Shown: positions 8,614-17,828, counted from the stretch's first letter. The stretch: DNA of 64,000 bases from Gammaproteobacteria bacterium (GCA_965221695.1 OZ244905.1:2701384-2765383); one strand, 5' to 3'. Notes: a model not told the origin generated them from the letters alone. Numbers and translations: made by a program.

Positions 8614-10542
8614 ATGAGCAAAATTATCGGCATAGACCTGGGCACGACCAATTCCTGCGTTGCCGTTCTGGAAGGCGGCCAGGCCAGGGTTATTGAGAAC
8701 AGCGAAGGCGGCAGAACCACGCCGTCCATCGTCGCATTTTCCGACGACGATGAAGTTCTGGTAGGGCAGTCGGCCAAGCGCCAGGCGGTCACCAACCCCA
8801 ACAACACCTTGTTTGCGGTCAAACGTTTGATCGGCCGGCGCTATGATGACAATGTTGTGCAGAAGGATATCAACATGGTTCCGTATAAAATCGTCAAGGC
8901 TGACAACGGCGATGCCTGGGTTGATGTAAAAGGTAAGAAGATGGCCCCCCCGGAGGTCTCGGCGCGCGTGCTGATGAAAATGAAGCAGACGGCTGAGGAT
9001 TACCTGGGTGAAAAAGTGACCGAGGCGGTGATTACCGTTCCGGCCTATTTCAATGATTCGCAACGCCAGGCGACCAAGGATGCAGGCAAGATCGCGGGGC
9101 TGGAAGTTCGGCGCATCATCAATGAGCCTACGGCCGCGGCGCTGGCCTATGGCATGGACAAGAAACAGGGCGACTCCAGGATTGCCGTCTATGACCTGGG
9201 CGGCGGCACGTTCGATGTATCCATCATTGAAATTGCCGAAGTGGACGGTGAGCACCAGTTCGAAGTACTCTCCACCAACGGCGATACGTTCCTGGGCGGC
9301 GAGGATTTTGACCTGCGTATCATCGATTTTCTGTGCGACGAATTCAAGAAGGACCAGGGTATCGACCTGCACAATGACCCGCTGGCCTTGCAGCGTTTGA
9401 AAGAGGCTGCGGAAAAGGCCAAGATCGAACTGTCATCCAGCCAGCAGACCGATATCAACCTGCCGTATATCACCGCGGATGCCGGCGGTCCGAAGCATCT
9501 CAACATAAAGATGAGCCGTTCCAAACTTGAATCACTGGTGGAAGACCTCGTTGATCGTACCATAGAGCCTTGCCGCGTAGCCCTGGAGGATGCCGGCTAT
9601 GCTGCAGCGGATATCACTGACGTCATCCTGGTAGGCGGACAGACCCGCATGCCCAAGGTACAGGAGAAGGTCAAGCAGTTTTTCAATAAAGAACCGCGCA
9701 AGGATGTCAACCCGGATGAAGCTGTTGCGGTGGGCGCGGCCATCCAGGCCGGTGTACTCGGCGGTGACGTGAAGGATGTGTTGCTGCTCGATGTCACGCC
9801 TCTCTCGCTGGGCATTGAAACTCTGGGCGGCGTGATGACCCGTCTCATCGAGAAGAATACGACGATCCCGACCAAGGCACAGCAAGTGTTCTCCACCGCG
9901 GATGATAACCAGACAGCGGTGACCGTGCACGTGTTGCAGGGCGAGCGCGAGATGGTCGCGGGCAACAAGTCCCTGGGCCGCTTCGACTTGTCGGACATAC
10001 CGCCTGCGCCCCGCGGCATACCCCAGATCGAGGTAACTTTTGATATCGACGCCAACGGCATCATGAATGTTTCGGCCAAGGACAAGGCCACCGGCAAGGA
10101 ACAATCCATCGTTATCAAGGCTTCCAGCGGGTTGTCGGATGAGGAAATCGAGAACATGGTCAAAGACGCGGAAGCCCATGCCGAGGAAGACCGGCAGGCA
10201 AAGGAATTGGTCGAGGCCCGCAACCTGGCGGAGAACCTGGTGCATTCAACGAAAAAATCCATGGAGGAACTGGGCGACAAGGTTGAAGAACAGGAGAAAA
10301 AAGACATCGAATCTGCAATAGCCGAGGTAGAGGAAACCGTTAAAGGGAATGACAAGGAGGCCATAGAGGAGAAAACCCGGAAACTGACCGAGATCGCGGG
10401 CAAACTTGCGGAGCGTGCATACCAGCAGGCCGCAGCGGCGGGCGCCAACGGTGAGGGCAAGCCCGCGGGCACGGATAACGGACCCGGCGATGAAAATGTC
10501 GTCGATGCAGAATTCGAGGAAGTGGATGACAACAAGAAGTAA
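8614..10542 (+). CDS. dnaK: Molecular chaperone DnaK (Hsp70)
   Basis: [18 protein letters not shown] start, and Hsp70 signatures throughout. Confidence 0.98.
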   Translation: MSKIIGIDLGTTNSCVAVLEGGQARVIENSEGGRTTPSIVAFSDDDEVLVGQSAKRQAVTNPNNTLFAVKRLIGRRYDDNVVQKDINMVPYKIVKADNGDAWVDVKGKKMAPPEVSARVLMKMKQTAEDYLGEKVTEAVITVPAYFNDSQRQATKDAGKIAGLEVRRIINEPTAAALAYGMDKKQGDSRIAVYDLGGGTFDVSIIEIAEVDGEHQFEVLSTNGDTFLGGEDFDLRIIDFLCDEFKKDQGIDLHNDPLALQRLKEAAEKAKIELSSSQQTDINLPYITADAGGPKHLNIKMSRSKLESLVEDLVDRTIEPCRVALEDAGYAAADITDVILVGGQTRMPKVQEKVKQFFNKEPRKDVNPDEAVAVGAAIQAGVLGGDVKDVLLLDVTPLSLGIETLGGVMTRLIEKNTTIPTKAQQVFSTADDNQTAVTVHVLQGEREMVAGNKSLGRFDLSDIPPAPRGIPQIEVTFDIDANGIMNVSAKDKATGKEQSIVIKASSGLSDEEIENMVKDAEAHAEEDRQAKELVEARNLAENLVHSTKKSMEELGDKVEEQEKKDIESAIAEVEETVKGNDKEAIEEKTRKLTEIAGKLAERAYQQAAAAGANGEGKPAGTDNGPGDENVVDAEFEEVDDNKK

Positions 10543-10562
10543 ATCGGCGAGAAATGCAGGTT

Positions 10563-11693
10563 ATGGCCGCAAAACGAGATTACTATGACGTTCTTGGCGT
10601 ATCAAAAAATGCGTCTGACGCCGATATAAAAAAAGCCTTCCGCCGCCTGGCGATGAAGTACCATCCGGATCGCAATCCGGATGACCAGGAAGCGGAGGAA
10701 AAATTCAAGGAGGCCAAGGAGGCAAATGACATCCTCAGCGACCAGCAGAAACGGGCGGCTTACGACCAGTTTGGCCATGCCGGGGTCAGCACTTCGGCCG
10801 GTGGCGCGGACGGCCAGGGTTTCAGCGGCTTCGGCGATATATTCGACAGTGTGTTCGGAGACATATTCGGCGCGCAAGGACGCGGCGGCCAACGCACCCA
10901 GTCCGGCGCTAACCTCCGTTACGACCTGGAATTGAACCTGGAGGAAGCCATTGCCGGCTCCACCATCAAGATACGGGTACCCAGGCTGATAAGCTGTAAT
11001 GACTGTTCAGGCAGCGGCGCCAAACGGGGATCGAGTCCGTCCCAGTGCCCTACCTGCAACGGCGCCGGACAGATCCGTATGCAACAGGGATTTTTCTCGG
11101 TGCAGCAGACCTGTCCCAAATGCCGCGGCAAAGGAAGCATCATCAATGATCCATGCCGCACGTGCAATGGGCAGGGCAGGGTCCGCGACAGCAAGACTAT
11201 TTCCGTAAAAGTCCCGCCCGGTGTCAATACCGGCGACCGGATACGCCTCACCGGCGAGGGTGAAGCCGGCGAGTACGGCGCCCCACCCGGCGATCTTTAC
11301 GTACATGTCATCGTCAAGGATCACGAGATATTTACCCGCGACGGTTCGGACCTGTACTGTGAAGTGCCAATCAGTTTTGCCGCCGCCGCCCTGGGCCGGG
11401 ATATAGAAATACCCACGCTGGACGGCAAAATCAAACTGCGCATCCCGCCGGAAACCCAGAGCGGCAGGTTGTTCCGCCTGCGCGGCAAGGGCGTGCGCTC
11501 GGTGCGTTCGGCTGCAAGAGGCGACCTGTTATGCCGCGTCGCGGTTGAGACTCCGGTAAACCTGAGCAAACAACAGAAAGACATCCTGGAATCCCTTGAG
11601 GATTCCATGGAGAACGATGAATCACGCTTCCGCCCTAAGGCCAGCAAGTGGTTCGACAGCGTGAAGAAATTTTTCGAAAACGCCAACCGCTGA
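10563..11693 (+). CDS. dnaJ: Molecular chaperone DnaJ
   Basis: J domain ([10 protein letters not shown]...HPDRN), G/F-rich region, and four CxxCxGxG zinc-finger repeats. Confidence 0.97.
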   Translation: MAAKRDYYDVLGVSKNASDADIKKAFRRLAMKYHPDRNPDDQEAEEKFKEAKEANDILSDQQKRAAYDQFGHAGVSTSAGGADGQGFSGFGDIFDSVFGDIFGAQGRGGQRTQSGANLRYDLELNLEEAIAGSTIKIRVPRLISCNDCSGSGAKRGSSPSQCPTCNGAGQIRMQQGFFSVQQTCPKCRGKGSIINDPCRTCNGQGRVRDSKTISVKVPPGVNTGDRIRLTGEGEAGEYGAPPGDLYVHVIVKDHEIFTRDGSDLYCEVPISFAAAALGRDIEIPTLDGKIKLRIPPETQSGRLFRLRGKGVRSVRSAARGDLLCRVAVETPVNLSKQQKDILESLEDSMENDESRFRPKASKWFDSVKKFFENANR

Positions 11694-11724
11694 CCCGCAT
11701 GCTCAAAGCACTGCATGCCCGGGC

Positions 11725-11975
11725 AACAGCAGGAGTCCAGTCATATTACAGTGTAGTCCGGAGAGCTTACCCATATAGAACGTGGGGCAATCCTTTGTTT
11801 CACCGGTTGAAATAGTTGCCACAGACCAGGGCATTCTCCCGTACCACTCCCGCGAAAGCGGGAGTCCAGTAAAATACTATGTCGCCTGAAAGGCGACCCT
11901 TTGTTCCACCGGCCGGAAAAGCTGTATTCCCACCCAAGCGGGAATCCAGTAAAATAACCGTCTCAAAGAGACACC
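11725..11975 (-). repeat. Cluster of two to three REP-A copies (inverted orientation, partly degenerate)
   Basis: gtaccactcccgcgaaagcgggagtccagt...gtcgcctgaaaggcgac...attcccacccaagcgggaatccagt, plus degenerate flanking copies. Confidence 0.75.
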
Positions 11976-11985
11976 TTATTCACCC

Positions 11986-12789
11986 ATGATCAAAACAGCA
12001 ATATGCGGCGCCGCGGGCAGGATGGGAAAAACCATCCTGGAAGTTGTCAGCGAGAGCGAAGGGATCACGGCGGGCGCGGCCATTGAACAACGCGGCTCAC
12101 CGGCGCTAGGCCGGGACGCGGGCGAACAGGCCGGCATCGGCAATCTCGGAGTCAGCGTGACCGATGATATCGAAACCGTCCTGGATGACTTCGATGTGCT
12201 GATAGACTTCACCCGGGCCGATGCGGTGCTCAAAAACCTGGAAGTTTGCCGTGCAGGCAATAAAAAAGTGGTGATCGGTACCACCGGCCTGACCGGTGAG
12301 CAACAACAGACACTGCACAGGGCCAGCGAAGATATCGCGATCGTATTTGCCCCCAACATGAGCGTCGGTGTTAACCTGTGTTTCAAACTGACGGAACTGG
12401 CCGCAAGCATAGTCGGTGACAGCACGGATATCGAGATTATAGAAGCTCACCATAACCGCAAAATCGATGCGCCGTCAGGCACTGCGGTGCGCCTGGGAGA
12501 AATCATCGCGGCGCAATTGGGGCGCGACCTGGCAGAATGCGCGGTTTACGGGCGAGAGGGTATTACCGGCCCGCGCGATCGCAAGACCATCGGCTTTGAG
12601 ACCATACGCGCCGGTGATATTGTGGGTGAGCACACCGTTATGTTCGCCGGCGAGGGCGAACGGGTGGAGATCAAGCATGTCGCCGGCAACCGCAAGACAT
12701 TTGCCGGCGGTGCAGTGCGCGCCGCGCAATGGGTCATGAGCAAGAAAACCGGCCTGTACAGTATGCAGGACGTGCTGGGGTTGCATTGA
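11986..12789 (+). CDS. dapB: 4-hydroxy-tetrahydrodipicolinate reductase
   Basis: N-terminal GAAGRMG Rossmann motif and the EAHHNRKIDAPSGTA active-site block. Confidence 0.95.
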   Translation: MIKTAICGAAGRMGKTILEVVSESEGITAGAAIEQRGSPALGRDAGEQAGIGNLGVSVTDDIETVLDDFDVLIDFTRADAVLKNLEVCRAGNKKVVIGTTGLTGEQQQTLHRASEDIAIVFAPNMSVGVNLCFKLTELAASIVGDSTDIEIIEAHHNRKIDAPSGTAVRLGEIIAAQLGRDLAECAVYGREGITGPRDRKTIGFETIRAGDIVGEHTVMFAGEGERVEIKHVAGNRKTFAGGAVRAAQWVMSKKTGLYSMQDVLGLH

Positions 12790-12791
12790 TT

Positions 12792-13301
12792 ATGCCGATA
12801 GAAGCGCCATTCCGGGCAAACAGGCAACTGATCGTCCCCGAATGGATCGACTACAACGGCCACATGAACGTGACCTACTATGTCCTCGTGTTTGACCGCG
12901 CCACCGACGATTTTTTCGACTTCATGGGGTTGACCGCCGAATACAGGGCCGCCAGCAATCTCTCGGCCTTCACGGCGGAAATGCATGTGAATTATCTCCG
13001 TGAGGTGAAGGAAGGTGACGAAGTATCCGTAACCACCCAATTGCTGGGTTACGATGCCAAACGCTTCCATTATTTTCACCACATGTACCACGCCGAACAA
13101 GGCTACCTGGCCGCCACCAGTGAACTGCTGTGCCTGTTCATGGACATGAACCAGCGACGGGTAACGCAAATTCCACCCCCGATCCAGGACAGACTGGCCG
13201 AAATCAAGCAAAGCCACGCCGCTTTGCCGTTGCCCGAACAGGTCGGCAGCGTGATGCGAGTGAAACCTGCCGCACCAGCCGATAACGCAGATAATCGATA
13301 A
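12792..13301 (+). CDS. Hotdog-fold acyl-CoA thioesterase family protein
   Basis: EWIDYNGHMNVTYY is characteristic of 4HBT-type thioesterases. The ATG lies 3 nt after the dapB stop. The 3' end is duplicated at 15560-15648. Confidence 0.7.
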   Translation: MPIEAPFRANRQLIVPEWIDYNGHMNVTYYVLVFDRATDDFFDFMGLTAEYRAASNLSAFTAEMHVNYLREVKEGDEVSVTTQLLGYDAKRFHYFHHMYHAEQGYLAATSELLCLFMDMNQRRVTQIPPPIQDRLAEIKQSHAALPLPEQVGSVMRVKPAAPADNADNR

Positions 13302-13406
13302 GAAACCTGTGAGCTACCTTCAACAGAGGGTATGCACAAGGAATGCGCCATCAACTGTGAGCATATCCAGACGGTTTCCAAAGGTGGATTAAGCGGATGG
13401 TGAATT
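13224..13406 (+). repeat. Duplicated segments A1 (13224-13312) and B1 (13318-13406)
   Basis: A1 is about 94% identical by eye to 15560-15648. B1 is about 90% identical by eye to 15337-15425. A and B are contiguous here but permuted in the second locus. Confidence 0.85.
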
Positions 13407-13483
13407 CTGCATATATACTGGATTTTTGCGACCTAAGCGCTTAGACTATGATTATACCCCCTGCGGCTTCGACCGCAGGCCGC

Positions 13484-13513
13484 GGGGCCTCTACGGAGGC
13501 CCCTGCTTTTTTT
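13484..13513 (+). terminator. Rho-independent terminator
   Basis: Stem ggggcctc-tacg-gaggcccc followed by tgcttttttt. It is preceded by a second hairpin, ctgcgg-cttcga-ccgcag, at 13461-13478. Confidence 0.7.
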
Positions 13514-13521
13514 GGTGAGAA

Positions 13522-14145
13522 ATGCGCACATACATCTATGTCGATGGTTTTAACCTCTACTATGGCGCGCTGAAAGACACGGCCTGGAAGTGGCTGGATC
13601 TGACCGCTCTATTCGAGAAAGTCCTCCAACCCAAACACGACATCCTGGCCATAAAGTACTTCACGGCTCACGTTTCAAGCACGCCTGCGGACCCGTTGAA
13701 ACCACAACGGCAAGAGGCCTATCTGCGCGCACTTCGGCATTTCCGACCTGAAGTCGACGTGTATTTCGGGCATTTTCTGAGTCATAAAGTCAGGGCGCCG
13801 CTTGCACATCCTGTGGGAAAACAGCGTTCTGCCAAAGTAATCCGAACCGAGGAGAAAGGTTCGGATGTTAACCTTGCCGTACACTTGCTAAATGATAGCT
13901 GGTTGAATGTCTATGATTGTGCAGTTGTCGTTAGCAATGATAGCGATATCGCCGAGGCAATGCGCCTTGTGAGGGAGCATCAAGGCAAGAGGATTGGATT
14001 GGTGACACCGGGAACTGGCCGCCCGTCCAGCCAACTCATGTTACACGCGGATTTTGCGAGACACATCCGACCGAATGCTTTGAGACAATCACAACTTCCG
14101 GACCAAATTCCCAACACCAACATCAGAAAGCCAGCGCGCTGGTAG
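13522..14145 (+). CDS. NYN-domain (LabA/PIN-like) putative ribonuclease
   Basis: N-terminus RTYIYVDGFNLYYG, then EEKGSDVNLAVHLLNDSW and VVSNDSDI, matching NYN-domain acidic motifs. Confidence 0.7.
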   Translation: MRTYIYVDGFNLYYGALKDTAWKWLDLTALFEKVLQPKHDILAIKYFTAHVSSTPADPLKPQRQEAYLRALRHFRPEVDVYFGHFLSHKVRAPLAHPVGKQRSAKVIRTEEKGSDVNLAVHLLNDSWLNVYDCAVVVSNDSDIAEAMRLVREHQGKRIGLVTPGTGRPSSQLMLHADFARHIRPNALRQSQLPDQIPNTNIRKPARW

Positions 14146-14189
14146 GACTATGACATAAGATTCGAGGAACAACCGTTTCAATCAAGAAA

Positions 14190-14330
14190 ATGTCCTCTAA
14201 AGGCCAGATTGTCATCCCTGAGCAAATACGCACGCAAATAGACCTAGAAGCGGGTTTCCAGTTACAGTACGTAGCCTCACCAATGCGCGTTTGCGGGAGA
14301 TTCTATTACAATCACAGTATCAAAGGTTAA
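14190..14330 (+). CDS. Short AbrB/MazE/SpoVT-like antitoxin ORF, probably truncated (46 codons)
   Basis: My own translation is MSSKGQIVIPEQIRTQIDLEAGFQL..., which matches the swapped-hairpin KGQ(I/V)xIPxxIR motif. It is too short for a full domain and has no adjacent toxin. It is absent from the track because it is under 60 aa. Confidence 0.35.
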   Translation: MSSKGQIVIPEQIRTQIDLEAGFQLQYVASPMRVCGRFYYNHSIKG

Positions 14331-14515
14331 ATCCTTAAAGCGGGATTCGCTTACGCCTCCAGATTCTAAGGTTTCCCAAAATTAAGGCTGGATATGGGTG
14401 CCCCAGGACGCTCGTGCTCAGGATACCATGTCATTGAGAAGCACATAACGCTGCAGGGATCGCGTCGAATGTGTATTCCCAAGGGTATTCGAAGGTGTGT
14501 CCTCTGATCACGGCA

Positions 14516-14971
14516 TCAGGTCAATTCTGCGTGGATACTACGCGCGTCCAGAAGTGGCATATCCAACACAGTTTGAACAAAGCCCGGGCCTTTCTCGTGC
14601 TGTTTAAGGTATCGGCGCAAAATGCCAAAGAATGGCGTCTCAAAGGTTTTCTCGACCGTAGTGATATACTCCCGCGCGTCAGGCTTTGCGCGGCTATCGC
14701 CCCTGAAGTTGCCAAACAGCGCTGCGCTGAGGTTGGGATATGCTTTATTGAAATTTGTCACGGCGCCGGGAAATCCCCTGCCAAGGGAGAGTTTTGGTTT
14801 GTTTATCTGCGCCGCATAGTTGTTGACTTGCTTTTCAACTGTATAGGGCGAAATCTTAACTTCGTCTGCCAGAGTGAGAATACGCTCAATTCTCGCTGCG
14901 TTGGTTGATTGCCGGTTGAGAATGGCATAAGCCCGTTTTGCCAATTCATGCGGATACAACAGGTTCGTCAA
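14516..14971 (-). CDS. Hypothetical protein (151 aa), convergent with the NYN gene
   Basis: This is the only long ORF in the segment and I recognise no family. A helix-turn-helix near STNAARIERILTLADEVKISPYTV is possible. The overlapping + strand ORFs look spurious. Confidence 0.45.
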   Translation of the reverse strand: MTNLLYPHELAKRAYAILNRQSTNAARIERILTLADEVKISPYTVEKQVNNYAAQINKPKLSLGRGFPGAVTNFNKAYPNLSAALFGNFRGDSRAKPDAREYITTVEKTFETPFFGILRRYLKQHEKGPGFVQTVLDMPLLDARSIHAELT

Positions 14972-15073
14972 GTTACCAGTTTACTTGCACCTGACACCAA
15001 TGCGTATAAATTTGACCTAAACTGAATATACTCTTACAGTCTGACCAGACAGATCAGAATTGGGTAGACCGCA

Positions 15074-15379
15074 TTGATAAGAGAAACAAAATGGCAATTA
15101 CAGGAAGCCAAGGCGGACCTGAGTGAGCTGGTAAAGTCCGCTCAGAATAACGGACCGCAACAAATCACTGTACACGGCAAGCCTGCCGCTGTTGTCCTTT
15201 CCTGTTACGACTATACCCGGCTTGCCAGGAGTAAGCCGTCATTCGTCGGTCTGATGCGGCAATCTCCGCTCATAGGCGTAGACCTGCAACTTGAGCGGGA
15301 CCAATCGCTGGCACGCGAACAAACCCTGTGTACTATCTTCAACAGAGGGTATGCCGAAGGAATGCGCCATCAACTCTGA
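15074..15379 (+). CDS. Phd/YefM-type (VapB-like) antitoxin lacking a cognate toxin gene
   Basis: WQLQEAKADLSELVKSAQNNGPQQITVHGKPAAVVLS is a typical Phd/YefM N-terminus. The last ~14 codons lie in repeat B2. No PIN toxin follows. Confidence 0.7.
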   Translation: MIRETKWQLQEAKADLSELVKSAQNNGPQQITVHGKPAAVVLSCYDYTRLARSKPSFVGLMRQSPLIGVDLQLERDQSLAREQTLCTIFNRGYAEGMRHQL

Positions 15380-15425
15380 TCACATCCAGACGGTTTCCAA
15401 AGGTAGATTAATCGGATGGTAAATT
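15337..15425 (+). repeat. Duplicated segment B2
   Basis: Matches 13318-13406. Both copies keep the frame ..FNRGYA(E/Q)GMRHQL-stop. Confidence 0.85.
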
Positions 15426-15559
15426 ATTATCACGCTATACACCTGGAAGAAAAACACCGCAAAGGTTACGAATTACAGCCTGTGGGTAATAACGAGTTCG
15501 CTATGTGGGAAGCAGAACAGGATTGGGGAGACAGTTTAACAAGGGAAAGCCAAGCAGAG

Positions 15560-15648
15560 TTGCCGTTGCCCAAACAAGTCGGCAGCGTGATGCAAGTTAA
15601 ACCTGCCGCACCAGCCGATAACGCAGATAATCGATAAGAAACCTGTGA
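15560..15648 (+). repeat. Duplicated segment A2 (second copy of the thioesterase 3' end)
   Basis: Encodes LPLPKQVGSVMQVKPAAPADNADNR-stop, compared with LPLPEQVGSVMRVKPAAPADNADNR-stop at 13224-13312. Confidence 0.85.
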
Positions 15649-15723
15649 TGATTAAGTATTTCTGAGATTCCAACTGTCACTTTTCACTTGTTCGGAATAT
15701 CCGGAGATTGCTATACTTTCTAC

Positions 15724-15963
15724 ATGTCTTATCATGAACGAATTACGGTGGAACCAGGCAAACGGGGAGGCAAACCCTGTATTCGAAGGTTGCGAATTAC
15801 TGTCAATGACGTACTGGAATATCTTGCTTCCGGAATGACAGAGCAAGAAATCCTAGCTGATTTTCCTGATTTAGAACCAGAAGATATCAAAGCATGTTTG
15901 GCATTTGCTGCCGAGCGAAAACGGAAATTCGTATTGGCGCAAAAAAGTGAAACTGCTTGTTGA
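15724..15963 (+). CDS. DUF433-family antitoxin-like protein
   Basis: ITVEPGKRGGKPCIRRLRITVNDVLEYLASGMTEQEILADFPDLEPEDIKACL is the classic DUF433 pattern. Confidence 0.75.
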   Translation: MSYHERITVEPGKRGGKPCIRRLRITVNDVLEYLASGMTEQEILADFPDLEPEDIKACLAFAAERKRKFVLAQKSETAC

Positions 15964-16279
15964 CGAAAACCTGTCACCCCGTCTAACTGGCTTTCTTTCG
16001 ACCAACTTTCCCGGTTCCGCACATGTGCGCGATGTTGGACTGGCCAGAGCCGATGATGAAACTATCTGGGCCTATGCGAAAAACCATGGATTTGTAATTG
16101 TTTCCAAGGGTTCGGATTTTTTCCTCAAAGCAGTCAAGTCAATGCCTCATCCCAAACTGATTTGGATTCAACGTGGTAACTGTAGTACGAGGGAAGTAAG
16201 GACTCTGTTTGAAGATTACCTGCCTGTTCTTCAAAGCTTTGAAAAAAGTACGGATGTATCCTTTCTTAAAATGGTATGA
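15947..16279 (+). CDS. DUF5615 / PIN-like (Mut7-C type) putative toxin, partner of DUF433
   Basis: VKLLVDENLSPRL...DDETIWAYAKNHGFVIVSKGSDF. A GTG start overlaps the DUF433 stop, which is the usual paired arrangement. Confidence 0.65.
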   Translation: MKLLVDENLSPRLTGFLSTNFPGSAHVRDVGLARADDETIWAYAKNHGFVIVSKGSDFFLKAVKSMPHPKLIWIQRGNCSTREVRTLFEDYLPVLQSFEKSTDVSFLKMV

Positions 16280-16281
16280 CT

Positions 16282-16626
16282 TCAACGGTTGATATCATGC
16301 CTGGCTTCAAACTCAGCTGTGAACTCATCAAGTGGCCGGCCTTGTTCAGACAGGGCATGTCTGATAATCCGCACGCTCTCGGCATAGTTTGCCAATACCG
16401 CTATTTTTTCGTAGGTTTCAGAATCCTGGACTACCACAGCAGCGTTGCCATTGACCGTTAGAAGCTCTGGACGTTTGCTTTTGTTCGGTCGTGTAATATG
16501 CGTCGCCGGTTTCCGGCTGAAGTCAGTGACCGATTGTTGTTCAAACGTGAGCGGAGATTTCGTGTAGGCTTCTGCCACTGGAGATCCTCGGTACGCAGGC
16601 AAAAAAAAGCCGCCAAGGTTGCGCAT
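16282..16626 (-). CDS. Phd/YefM-family antitoxin, orphan
   Basis: The central block is PELLTVNGNAAVVVQDSETYEKI. No toxin ORF lies downstream on the minus strand, because the DUF5615 gene abuts it. The exact start is uncertain. Confidence 0.55.
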   Translation of the reverse strand: MRNLGGFFLPAYRGSPVAEAYTKSPLTFEQQSVTDFSRKPATHITRPNKSKRPELLTVNGNAAVVVQDSETYEKIAVLANYAESVRIIRHALSEQGRPLDEFTAEFEARHDINR

Positions 16627-17142
16627 TGTTAAGAGGCGTGACGGCTATGTTACTCATATTATAGTTCCTGCTGGAAACAGATTCAAGAGAGAGATAGTGT
16701 TTTCCATATTAGCGGGAGATTCTGTTAGCAACAAATTGATTTGTCCGCTTTTGTAACAAATCAATTCCTCTTTTATCTTTACACTGACACCGTCAAGATG
16801 TTAGCGGGAGCTTCTTGTAAATCCCTGATATGGTTGTTAAAGTATTTTGCATGGAAAAATTGATCGAAAGAATAAAACTAGGTCTTGAGAAAGGGCATTA
16901 TTCACGCGAAGAACAAGTATGGGGTAGTGGCGCCGAAGTGGAATTTGAAATACCTACACGCACTTAGAGTTCAACAGCCAGTTGACACAGTCGGCTAACC
17001 TGACAAAAAAGCAAACCAACCGTTATCGGTTGAAAAACTAATCTCTGGTTTAGACAGTTGTGAAACCACAATGGAGGGATCGTTGTCCGAGACCGAATGA
17101 ATCATAACGTGGAATACAAGCCGTTTGACAGCGCGTAAAGAA

Positions 17143-17781
17143 ATGACTCCCGGACAACAATTTGTCGAAGCATTGAGCGAACTCGATTTTGAGAATACGT
17201 TTAACCCTTATTCGGATCAATGTTTTGTTCACGACCTGGATGGTGCGCCAGTCTTTCGGTCACACGCATTGCAGGCTATGCTGGATGCGGCAACTGAGCA
17301 GGAAATTGATTCCCTCTGGATTGGGAGAGACCTTGGCTATCGTGGAGGCAGGCGGACTGGATTGGCCCTGACAGATGACGCCCATATTCAGGCCCATGCC
17401 AAACGCTGGAAGCTGTCGATTCAACGGCCAACAAAAGGCGCTCCGGTTACTGAACAAACAGCAGCGGTAACCTGGCGCGTGCTTGCGCAAATTGAATTAT
17501 CCGTTTTCCTGTGGAATGTCTTCCCACTGCATCCTCATGAACCCGATAATCCTTTCAGTAATCGCTCGCATAACGCGCGCGAACGCAGGGCCGGGGAAGA
17601 ATTTCTCTCTGAGCTTATCCTGCTTCTGAAGCCTCGTCGGCTTGTTGCAATCGGCAATGACGCGGCGCAGACGGTAAACCGTCTGAGACATGGGCATGAA
17701 GCCATCAAAATACGGCATCCTGGCCATGGTGGACAAACCCGGTTCCTTGACCAAGTCAGCGCGCTGTACAACCTGCACTGA
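17143..17781 (+). CDS. Uracil-DNA glycosylase superfamily protein, divergent
   Basis: GRDLGYRGGRRTGLALTDD occupies the position of the GEAPG motif-A block. Also present are VTEQTAAVTW, LWNVFPLHPH and a C-terminal IRHPGHGG (motif B-like). Confidence 0.5.
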   Translation: MTPGQQFVEALSELDFENTFNPYSDQCFVHDLDGAPVFRSHALQAMLDAATEQEIDSLWIGRDLGYRGGRRTGLALTDDAHIQAHAKRWKLSIQRPTKGAPVTEQTAAVTWRVLAQIELSVFLWNVFPLHPHEPDNPFSNRSHNARERRAGEEFLSELILLLKPRRLVAIGNDAAQTVNRLRHGHEAIKIRHPGHGGQTRFLDQVSALYNLH

Positions 17782-17828
17782 GATTTTGCTGATATATGCT
17801 GTGTAAATTTTACTAACTGTCCTGCACC

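Noticed and set aside
8473-10535. Long antisense ORFs opposite dnaK (8473-9372, 9532-10245, 9597-10535).
   Set aside because: They fully overlap a certain Hsp70 gene. Their translations are low-complexity (S/A/R-rich) with no recognisable motifs. These are typical shadow ORFs of GC-rich DNA.
15416-15637. 73-aa ORF (MVNYYHAIHLEEKHRKG...LPLPKQVGSVMQVKPAAPADNADNR) as a genuine gene.
   Set aside because: Its C-terminal 25 residues are the duplicated thioesterase end (segment A2) and its start lies in repeat B2. It is most simply a chimeric remnant created by the insertion. It is kept only as part of the repeat finding.
13300-17800. Interpretation of the TA-rich islet as a chromosomal integron cassette array.
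   Set aside because: There is no intI integrase. No attC-like imperfect palindromes with RYYYAAC/GTTRRRY cores were seen between the ORFs. The genes are in mixed orientation.
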